From Phoronis australis (lineage: Eukaryota; Animalia; Phoronida): DNA of 36,439 nucleotides. The DNA is taken from contig NMRA01000298.1 in NCBI GenBank assembly GCA_002633005.1, positions 71,791 through 108,229 of the forward strand, read 5' to 3'. This document shows positions 12,701 to 24,700 of the stretch, piece after piece. The notes below the pieces were generated by a model. That model did no database searches and was not told where the DNA came from. It worked only from the letters and a program-made list of their open reading frames with translations. Both the position numbers and the translations under genes were made by a program. How positions within the stretch are numbered: the stretch's first letter is position 1; each line of letters opens with the position of its first letter.

Positions 12701-15700
12701 TTCAACCTCGATTTCTTTTAATAATGATTTTTACATCTGCCCCGGTGGCTGCCTTAATTTCGAATGCAGTCCAGTTTTCCCTGTCCGCAGCATTGGATTC
12801 ACACTGATTGAAATACATCTCAACAGCCCATATGGATATTTTGATGTCTGTATTCAAGTCGTGTTTTACTTCAAAAACGATTTACAGCTTTGATGTGTCA
12901 TCGCGTGATTTTGTCTTAGAAGCAATGTTTCTTTTCTGAAAAGATGAGAATCAGTGTTTCAATTATTGAACCTAAAATATATCTTTTGTTGGACTGCAAC
13001 AGGTACATTAAGCATAATGCCACACTTTGTTTTTGTTTTCGTTTATGCATTCAGCATAAAAGTCCTGAATTTGGATAAAAATAGCGCATTTTCATGACCC
13101 ACACAAAATTTTTGTTCCATAAGTTGACTGTTTTGATCCTGTACCAAGTATAAGACAACTTTTATCACTTAGTAGTGGTAGTTCTAGTGTAATGTTTGAT
13201 CCACAAAATTCAACACTAGACAAGTAGTTCTTTCAATTATGTGAAATAGTCGGGGATATGTTGCGATAAAACATAAATTCTGTAATGGCTGTACTAATTT
13301 GCATAAAAGCATGCGTGGGACATATTTTCGGCTTGTTAACATCATTTTTCTCTCTCCAAACATATTTTCCTCCATAAAAATTAAATTTACAAGTTGAAGT
13401 CCGGGGGTGCACGGGGTGCCATTTTTCGACTAAACTATTAATTTTAAACATTTTTTTTATTTTTCTGGTAAACAGTTGGTTTTTGCACTTCAGGTTAAAC
13501 AGTAGAGGTAAATGCTTAATGTCAACCAAACATTTCGTAAAATATTTTCCTTTTGATCATTTTCCATCACTGAAATATCAACGTAGTTTTATTCATCAAT
13601 TGCAAACATTAAAACCAATTTTGGAACAGTTTTCAATGTTTGAAAACACTGAACTGGACTAAAAAACTTTGACTCCTAGGTGAATGCATTCACAAGAGCA
13701 TTTAAGATCTTGTGACAGCTGATTTCCTACTGTCCTCTTCAAAGAGGATCAGCTGTCAAACCTGGCGAAGTAATCTTCTGCACAGGTACAATTGTATGTC
13801 TTTGGCAAGAAATTGTGCGCCTGTACTAAAGAAAGCGACCCGACCGATAGCGATTAAACAAAAAAACTAGTGTAAACACAATTATACCATTATTTGGAAT
13901 ATAGGCGCATGAACCTAAATAAGAGATGACGTCAAAACCAGACATTCTGCTCGCACTTCCTCCTTTTTGGGAAACAAAAACTGTTGAGCAAATTACGTCC
14001 GACACTTCTCCCTTGAAACTGCTAGTTTCGCCCTGCCATCAGGCTCGTCAAAGTTTAGACTCGTCTGTCCAGCAAGCTATATCACCTAGGCCCACATGAA
14101 GACAGCCATACAAGATATGTGCTTTTAGGGGGCGACACTATGTGCCAGCACACAGCATATATATTTTTGTACTCCCTGTAGATATTGCCGCGCAGGCGAA
14201 AATATGTATCAAGTACCATGCTTAATGTCACAGACAATTCAGCAAACATGACAGTTACGTCCTTTGCTAAACAGAGACGTCAAAATGTAGTCATTTTATT
14301 TAACCACTAAAGACGTAGTGTCATTTTTTCGAATTGTCTTATAGCCAAAAATCCAAAATGTCCGAACTCTTGATAGCTTGTAGCCAATAATTCCTAATAG
14401 TTTTAACGTTTCAATTAAGTCATGTTTGCATTTCTGAAATACTATGTTCTGAATTTATCCCTATTTTTGCATTATACTATTGCACTATACTATTTGTTAA
14501 AAGATCTCTAATAAAGAATGAAAAATCGACGCTGACAGAAATTTTGTTAAAGATACCGTATTTAGTTTTCAACCCATCTACGTACTTCCGCCGGTGCCAT
14601 CGTGGGTGGCGTCAACAACTTCTGGGTCCCAATGAGCGTAAATACCGTCTATGGCACCAGGATTTGAACAGGCGTGGCCATCAAATCGAACAGAGTAGCG
14701 TAGGAGGCCGAACTGGTATAAGTAAATATTGGCCAGGAACATCACTCGTATGGCCGTGTCCGCGGCTCTTTTGTAGTAGTAAAAGGTCTGGAATGATTAG
14801 TTTACTACTGTTACTAACGACATGAATACATGTATTAACGGATGTGCCTTCAGACACATCGCAAATTTTTACGTGTTGGTGAAGTGGGCAGAGTTCAGTA
14901 GCGCTAGTGCATCGCTAGAAAACAAGATATCGCGAGACTCCGCGAGATATTGTCGAGTGTATTCATTGAAGCAGAATACTTGGTGAATGAAAAGGACAAA
15001 TTTTCAGAAGAAAAATTCACGTACTGAGCCCATGTTTGCACTAAATGACCTGAAACTTTAGATTTGGAATTGAATTACATGTACCAATTAGACATGTGAA
15101 TTTGAAGTGTATAGCTTAAAATTTTAGTTTGCACCCAATGACCTTTGACCTGTTTTATGTGATTGAACGACTCGATTACTTAGAAAAGTATTTTTTTAAT
15201 TGTCTTGTAAACATATACCTGTGCAACGAATTTGAAAAAGATAGCTTTAAAACTGAAGAAGGAGTAGCATTTTTAGAGTTATATGACCTTTGCACCAAAC
15301 GGTGCAATGTGGAATATGATTATATAACGATTCAAAATTAATGTACTGTCAAATATCATATGCTAAATTTAAAGAACATACTTGCACCCACTTTGGAGTT
15401 ATTAAGTCTCGGAAGAAGAATAAGAACTAGAACAATTGCGTTTGCGCACTTACTACTCTTCGCGTACGCATGTGCATAGTTAAGTATATGGGTATTACGT
15501 TGCATAGAAATTGTAAGTATGAAAGAGCAAGAGTGAAGAGTAAGAATATCAACGGAAAACTGCACCTAATGACCACACAGTTGCACCTAATGACCCCAAA
15601 GTTTGTGACTGAATTATCTTTATGGATAAAAACTATATACGTGATTTTATGAGGTCTAGCCAAAAAATCACATTTGCACTTAATGACCTTTGACCCGGAA

Positions 15701-18700
15701 ACTCGGTACCCTTGATCCAATTTCATTGCCACGTAAGTTTCGAAGCAGATCTATAGTGCCTGCTTGTTAACAAAATTCGGTGAGTCTATCTAAAAACCAT
15801 TAGGAGAAGAAGCAATTTGATGGAATGCACCTCCTGACCCATTTCGGGTCAATCCGTTGCATTTGGAGTCACTTCCATGTGATCAATAAAATTTGATTTG
15901 CAATTGGTTTAATATAAATGCTCTCCTAATGCATCTTTTAAGAACAAGCTAATTGAATATGTCTTAAATTTAACAGAAAACTGCACTTAATGACCCCAAA
16001 TTTGCACCTTGTGAACCCAAAGTTTGTAACTGAACTTCCTTTATGAATGGTAACGATATGCAAGATTATGAAAGGTCTAGCTCAAAAATCACTTTTGCAC
16101 TAAATGACCTTTGAACCGGAAACTGGGTTGAGATACGATTTCGAATGCATATCTCTAGTACCTACTTGTTAACAAAATTCGAAGAGTCTATCTAAAAAAC
16201 TGTAGTAGAAGAAGCATTTTGAAAATGCACTCCTTGACCCGATTCAGGTCATCCTAGTGCATTTTGGGTCAAAATATAATCAATATACTTCCTTTAACAA
16301 TCACAGTGAATATTATTGTTCTAAATGAATGAATGTAGGAGTAATAACAATATGAAAAGGAAAGAAGAAGATTAAGAACTCTGCGCGTGGGTATTACTGG
16401 AATTATTATGGGAAGTCACTGACAGCAACCCGTTTACTAATATAAAAAAGATTTCTTTAAAATTGTAGGAGAAATTACATATTAATTATTGATGACCTTT
16501 CCACTAATTGACCTCTTCCGGTGCATTATGAGCCCCGATGAGGGAGTAATTGTTAACTCAATTAAAAGTGTGGTTAATGCTTTATTTTTTTTTACTTTAA
16601 GCTCTTTAGAATACAAGATGAATGAATTGGTCAAACTTTTAGAAGAAAAATGCACCTAATGACCCCATGGGTGCACCAAATGACCTGAAAATTTAGAATT
16701 CATGTTCAATCGCACTTAGTAAACAGATACGTAATTCTGAAGTCTGTAGCTCCAAATTTATTTTGCACTCAATGACCTTTGACCTATTTTTTCTGATTAG
16801 TTAGGCCTATTGCGAAGTAAATTAGGGTATTTAATTGGCATGTTGACTTACACCTGCGTGCTGAACTTGAAAAGAATTCCTTGAAAAACGTAAAAGATAT
16901 AACATTTTGAACGTTACATGACCTTTGCACTAATTGACCTTATCCGGTGCATTTTAAGCATCTTTATGAGAATTATTGCAAAGCCCATGGAAAATGTGTT
17001 TAAGTCTGAGAATAACAGTTGTCTAACAGTTGACACATTTGAATACTTGCCGATTGAAAAGGTCAAATTTCCAGAAGGAAAATGCACCTAATGACCCCAT
17101 GTTTGCACTAAATGACCTGAAACTTTGGATTCCGATTTGATTTACCTGTGGCAATCAGACCTGGCAATTTGAATTGTCTAGCTCAAAATTTTAGTTTTCA
17201 CCCAATGACCTTTGACCTATTTCTCCTGATTGGATGACCCGATTACTTAGAAAAGTTTTTTTTTTCTATTGTCATGTTGACTTATACCTGCGCACCGAAT
17301 TTAAAAAAGATAGCTTTAAAACTGAAGGAGGAGTAGCATTTTGAAAATTATATGACTTTTGCACCAAACGACCTCTTCCGGTGCAATATGAAATACGATT
17401 ACATGTATATAAACAATAAAAATTTATTGACTGTCAAAAGTCATATGCTGAATTTAAAGACCGTACCTGCACCAATTTGGAGTTATTAAGCGTCAAAATT
17501 GGTCAGAAGAAGAATAAGAAGAACAAGAATAAAAATAAGGAGAACTAGAAAGATTATTGCCACGGCGTGACAATAACGGACTCGGCGCGTGCGTATTACT
17601 GGAATTACTATGGGAAGTTACTGACAGCAACCCGTTTACCAATATGAAAAGGAATTCTTTAAAATTGTAGGGGAAATTACGTATTAATTTCTTGATGACC
17701 TTTCCACTAATTGACCTCTTCCGGTGCATAATGAGCCCCGATGAGGGAGTAATTGTTAACTCGATTAAAAGTGTGGTTAATGCTAATAATCACAGATGTT
17801 TTACTTTAAGCACTTCAGAATACAAGATGAATCAAGTGGTCAAACTTTCAGAAGAAAAATGCACCTAAGGACCCCATGGGTGCACTAAATGACCTGAAAA
17901 TTTAGAATTCAAGCTCAATCGCACTTAGTAAACAGATAGTAATTCTGAAGTCTCTAGCTCAAAGTTTTAGTTTGCAGTCAATGACCTTTGATCTATTTTT
18001 TGTTTGGTTAGGCCAATTGCAAAATAAAGTAGGGTATTCAATTGGCATGTTGACTTACACCAGAGTGCTGAAATTGAAAAGAATTCCTTGAAAAACGTAA
18101 GAGATATAACATGTTGAACGTTACATGACCTTTGCACTAATTGACCTTATCCGGTGCATTTTAAGCATCTTTAGGAAAATTATTGCAAAGCCTATGGTAA
18201 ATGTGTTTAACGCTGAGAATCACAGTTGTCTAACGGTTGACACATCAGAATACTTGCTGATTGAAAAGGTCAATTTTTCAGAAGAAAAATGCACCTAATG
18301 ACCCCATGTTTGCACTAAATGACCTGAAACTTTGGGTTCCGATTTGATTTACCAGTGGCAATCAGACCTGTCAATTTGAAGTGTCTAGCTCAAAATTGTA
18401 GTTTTCACCCAATGACCTTTGACCTATTTCAACTGATTAGAAGACCCGATTACTTAGAAAAGTAATATGTTTAATTGTCATGTTGACTTATACCTGTGCA
18501 CCGAATTTAAAAAAAAAGATAGCTTAAAAATGAAGGAAGAGTACCATTATGAAAATAATATGATCTTTGCACCAAACGACCTCTTCCGGTGCAATATGAA
18601 ATATGATTATATAAACAATCAAAATTTATTGACTGTCAAAAGTCATAAGCTGAATTTAAAGACCGTACCTGCACCAAATTTGGAGTTATTAAGCGTCAAA

Positions 18701-21700
18701 GTTGGTCAGAAGAAGAATAAGAAGAATAAGAATAAGAATAAGAATAAGAAGAACTAGAAAGAGTATTGTCACGGCGTGACAATAACGGGCTTTGCGCGTG
18801 CGTATTACTGGAATTATTATGGGAAGTTACTGACAGCAACCCGTTTACCAATATGAAAAGGAATTCTTTAAAATTGTAGGAGAAATTACATATTAATTTT
18901 TTGATGATCTTTCTACTAATTGACCTCTTCCGGTGTATAATGAGCCCCGATGAGGGAGTAATTGTTAACTCGATTAAAAGGGTGGCTAATGCTAATAATC
19001 ACAGATGTTTTACTCTAAGCACTTTAGAATACAAGATGAATCAAGTGGTCAAACTTTCAGAAGAAAAATGCACCTAAGGACCCCATGGGTACACCAAATG
19101 ACCTAAAAATTTAGAATTCAAGCTCAATCGCACTTAGTAAACAGGTACGTAACTCTGAAGTCTCTAGCTCAAAATTTTAGTTTGCACTCAATGACCTTTG
19201 ACCTATTTTTTCTGATTGGTTAGGCCTATTGCAAAGTAAAGTAGGGTATTCAATCGGCATGTTGACTTACATGTACACCAGTGTGCTGAAATTGTAAAGA
19301 ATTCCTTGAAAAACGTAAAAGATATAACATGTTGAACGTTACATGACCTTTGCACTAATTGACCTTATCCGGTGCATTTTAAGCATCTTGAGGAGAATTA
19401 TTGCAAAGCCCATCGAAAATGTGTTTAACGCTGAGAATCACAGTTGTCTAACGGTTAACACATCAGAATACTTGCTGATTGAATAGGTCAAATTTTCTAA
19501 AGAAAAATGCACCTAGTTACCCCATGTTTGCACTAAATGACCTGAAACTTTGGATTCCCATTTGATTTACCTGTGGCAATCAGACCTGTCAATTTGAAGT
19601 GTCCAGCTCAAAATTTTAGTTTGCACCTAATGAACTTTGACCTATCTCACCTGATTAGAAGACCCGATTACTTAGAAAAGTAACTTTTTAAATTGTCATG
19701 TTTTCTTATACCTGTGCTCCGAACTTGAAAAAGATAGCTTTAAAACTCTAGGAGGAGTAGCATTTTGAAAATTATATCACCATTGCACCGAACTACCTCA
19801 TCTGGTGCAATATGGAATATGATTATATAACCATTCAAAATTAATATACTGTCAAAAGTCTTATGCTGAATTTAAAGACCGTACCTGCACCCAATTTGGA
19901 GTTATTAAGACTCCAATTTGGTGGGAGGAAGAATAAGAAGAAGAATAAGAAGAATAATAAGAATAAGAATAAAATTGAAGAAGCCCCAGGAACAACAGTA
20001 CTCTGCGCTTACACGCGCAGAGTAATAAAATTGAAGAAAACTCAGGAACAACAGTACTCTGCGCTTACACGCGCAGAGTAACTAGACAGATTATTGTCGC
20101 GGCGTGACAATAACGGACTCTGCGAGTGCGTATTACTGGAATCATTATGGAAAGTTACTGACAGCAACCCGTTTACCAATATGAAAAGAATTCTTTAATA
20201 TTGTAGGAGAAATTACATATTAATTTTTCGATGACCTTTCCACTAATTGACCTCTTCCGGTGCATTATGAGCCCCGATGAGGGAGTAATTGTTAACTCGA
20301 TTAAAAGTAAGGTTAATGCTAATAATCACAGGTGTTTTACTTTAAGCACTTCAGAATACAAGATGAATGAATTGGTCAAACTTTCAGAAGAAAAATGCAC
20401 CTAATGATTCCATGGGTGCACCAAATGACCTGAAAAGTTAGAATTCAAACTCAATCGCACTTAGTAAACAGATATGTAATTCTGAAGTCTCTAGCTCAAC
20501 ATTTTAGAAAATAATTATATAATCAATCAAAATATATGTACTGTCAAAAATCATATGCTGGATTAAAGGAACGTACCTGCACCCAATTTGGAGTTATTAA
20601 GCCTTAAAGTTGGTCAGAAGAAGAATAAGAAGAAGAGTAAGAATAAGAAGAATAAGAATAAAATTGAAGAAAACCCAGGAACAACAGTACTCTGCTCTTG
20701 TACGCGCAGAGTAACGAGTCAAATCACCAGTGTGTGGGGAATCTTTCCTGCAACAAGGTTTTTTGGCTTCTTTGATAAATTCAATTTTTTTTAAATATTG
20801 TTTTATTATTGGGTAAACATTTTATTTATACCCATCGGTTCGGATCAAAAGATAATTACATCTAAGTAGATTGTTTAACTTCAAGAAACAATATTATATG
20901 AGTGAAAAGTATAGTACTCGTAAGGATTCGAATTCAGAATTTGTACAAAAAAGATTGTGTAGCTTTGAAACTGTTTTTCTTAGTAGTCAAGAGGACTTTA
21001 AGTGTGGAGTATGTGTGNGGTTTCTTACATCTCCTATATAAAGTTTGGAGCTTTCTACCAATTTTGCATTAAACCTTCAATACAGTGTTATTTATTCACG
21101 CGAAATTAATAACCAGGCTCAGTTGGAAACCCATCAGACGTACCAATCAGACTTGTAAATTTGAAGTGTCTAGCTCAAATTTTTAGTTTGCACTCATTGA
21201 TCTTTGACCTATTTTTTCTGATTGGTTGCCCCTATTGCTTAGTAAAGTAGGGTATTTCATTGGCATGTAGGTTTACATCAATGTGCTGGAATTGAACAGA
21301 ATTTCTTGAAAAACGTAAAAGAAATAACCTTTTCAAATGTAGATGACCTTTTCACTAATTGACCCTAGCCAGTGCATTACAAGCCCTTTTACTAGAACTA
21401 TTGCAAAGTCCGTGAAAAGTATATTTAATGCTGAGAATCACAGTTGTCTAACGGTTGGCACATCAGAATACTTGGTGAATGAAAAGGACAAATTTTCAGA
21501 AGAAAAATTCACGTACTGAGCCCATGTTTGCACTAAATGACCTGAAACTTTAGATTTGGAATTGAATTACATGTACCAATTAGACATGTGAATTTGAAGT
21601 GTATAGCTTAAAATTTTAGTTTGCACCCAATGACCTTTGACCTGTTTTATGTGATTGGACGACTCGATTACTTAGAAAGGTATTTTTTTTAATTGTCTTG

Positions 21701-24700
21701 TAAACATAAACCTGTGCAACGAATTTGAAAAAGATAGCTTTAAAACTGAAGAAGGAGTAGCATTTTTAGAGTTATATGACCTTTGTACCAAACGACCCCT
21801 TCCGGTGCAATGTGGAATATGATTATATAACAATTCTAAATTGATGTACTGTCAAATATCATATGCTAAATTTAAAGAACATACTTGCACCCACTTTGGA
21901 GTTATTAAGTCTCGGAAGAAGAATAAGAACTAGAACACAATTGCGTTTGCGCACTTACTACTCTTCGCGTATGCATGTGCATAGTTAAGTATATGGGTAT
22001 TACATTGCATAGAAGTTGTAAGTATGAAAGAGCAAGAGTGAAGAGTAAGAATATCAACGGAAAACTGCACCTAATGACCACACAGTTGCATCTAATGACC
22101 CCAAAGTTTGTGACTGAATTATCTTTATGGATATATATATACGTGATTTTATGAGGTCTAGCCAAAAAATCACATTTGCACTTAATGACCTTTGACCCGG
22201 AAACTCGGTACCCTTGATCCGATTTCATTGCCACGTAGGTTTCGAAGCAGATCTGTAGTGCCTGCTTGTTAACAACATTCGGTGAGTCTATCTAAAAACC
22301 ATTAGGAGAAGAAGCAATTTAATGGAATGCACCTCCTGACCCATTTCGGGTCAATCCGTTGCATTTGGAGTCACTTCCATGTGATCAATAAAATTTGATT
22401 GGCAATTGGTTTAATATAAATTCTCTCCCTAATGCATCTTTTAAGAACAAGCTAATTGAATATGTCTTAAATTTAACAGAAAACTGCACTTAATGACCCC
22501 AAATTTGCACCTAGTGAACCCAAAGTTTGTAACTGAACTTCCTTTATGAATGGTAACGATATGCAAGTTTATGAAAGGTCTAGCTCAAAAATCACTTTTG
22601 CACTAAATGACCTTTGAACCGGAAACTGGGTTGAGATCCGATTGGAAATCCAAGTAAATTTCGAATGCAGATCTCTAGTACCTACTTGTTAACAAAATTC
22701 GAAGAGTCTATCTAAAAAACTGTAGTAGAAGAAACATTTTGAAAATGCACTCCTTGACCCGATTCAGGTCATCCTAGTGCATTTTGGGTCAAAATATAAT
22801 CAATATACTTCCGTTAACAATCACAGTGAATATTATTGTTCTAAATGAATGAATGTAGGAGTAATAACAATATGAAAAGGAAAGAAGAAGAATAAGAACT
22901 CTGCGCGTGGGTATTACTGAAATTATTATGGGAAGTTACTGACAGCAACCCGTTTACTAATATAAAAAGGATTTCTTTCAAATTGTAGGAGAAATTACAT
23001 ATTAATTTTTTGATGACCTTTCCACTAATTGACCTCTTCCGGTGCATTATGAGCCCCAATGAGGGAGTAATTGTTAACTCAATTAAAAGTGTGGTTAATG
23101 CTAATAATCACAGATGTTTTACTTTAAGCTCTTTAGAATACAAGATGAATGAATTGGTCAGACTTTTAGAAGAAAAATGCACCTAATGACCCCATGGGTG
23201 CACCAAATGACCTGAAAATTTAGAATTCATGCTCAATCGCACTTAGTAAACAGATACGTAATTCTGAAGTCTGTAGCTCCAAATTTATTTTGCACTCAAT
23301 GACCTTTGACCTATTTTTTCTGATTAGTTAGGCCTATTGCGAAGTAAATTAGGGTATTTAATTGGCATGTTGACTTACACCAGTGTGCTGAAATTGAAAA
23401 GAATTCATTGAAAAACGTAAAAGATATAACATTTTGAACGTTACATGACCTTTGCACTAATTGACCTTATCCGGTGCATTTTAAGCATCTTTATGAGAAT
23501 TATTGCAAAGCCCATGGAAAATGTGTTTAAGGCTGAGAATCACAGTTGTCTAACAGTTGACACATCTGAATACTTGCTGATTGAAAAGGTCAAATTTTCA
23601 GAAGGAAAATGCACCTAATGACCCCATGTTTGCACTAAATGACCTGAAACTTTGGATTCCGATTTGATTTACCTGTGGCAATCAGACCTGTCAATTTGAA
23701 ATGTCTAGCTCAAAATTTTAGTTTTCACCCAATGACCTTTGACCTATTTCTCCTGATTGGATGACCCGATTACTTAGAAAAGTTTTTTTTTCTATTGTCA
23801 TGTTGACTTATACCTGTGCACCGAATTTAAAAAAGATAGCTTTAAAACTGAAGGAGGAGTAGCATTTTGAAAATTATGTGACTTTTGCACCAAACGACCT
23901 CTTCCGGTGCAATATGAAATACGATTACATGTATATAAACAATCAAAATTTATTGACTGTCAAAAGTCATATGCGGAATTTAAAGACCGTACCTGCACCC
24001 AATTTGGAGTTATTAAGCGTCAAAATTGGTCGGAAGAAGAATAAGAAGAACAAGAATAAGAATAAGAAGAACTAGAAAGATTATTGCCACGGCGTGACAA
24101 TAACGGACTCTGCGCGTGCGTATTACTGGAATTATTATGGGAAGTTACTGACAGCAACCCGTTTACCAATATGAAAAGGAATTCTTTAAAATTGTAGGGG
24201 AAATTACGTATTAATTTCTTGATGACCTTTCCACTAATTGACCTCTTCCGGTGCATAATGAGCCCCAATGAGGGAGTAATTGTTAACTCGATTAAAAGTG
24301 TGGTTAATGCTAATAATCACAGATGTTTTACTTTAAGCACTTCAGAATACAAGATGAATCAAGTGGTCAAACTTTCAGAAGAAAAATGCACCTAATGACC
24401 CCATGGGTGCACCAAATGACCTAAAAATTTAGAATTCAAACTCAATCGCACTTAGTAAACAGGTACGTAATTCTGAAGTCTCTAGCTCAAAATTTTAGTT
24501 TGCACTCAATGACCTTTGACCTATTTTTTCTGATTGGTTAGGCCTATTGCAAAGTAAAGTAGGGTATTCAATCGGCATGTTGACTTACACCAGTGTGCTG
24601 AAATTGTAAAGAATTCCTTGAAAAACGTAAGAGATATAACATGTTGAACGTTACATGACCATTGCACTAATTGACCTTATCCGGTGCATTTTAAGCATCT

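Noticed and set aside
12155-13916. Possible Kolobok-like element starting TTAA-AGCTGCGCATGTGCCTAT, with a partial inverse ATAGGCGCATG at 13901
   Set aside because: Only about 11 bp of imperfect match and no right-hand TTAA; insufficient support.
14544-14825. Plus-strand ORFs overlapping exons (also 549..791, 5034..5255, 31072..31389, 33077..33328)
   Set aside because: Antisense shadows of the real minus-strand exons, with no recognisable motifs.
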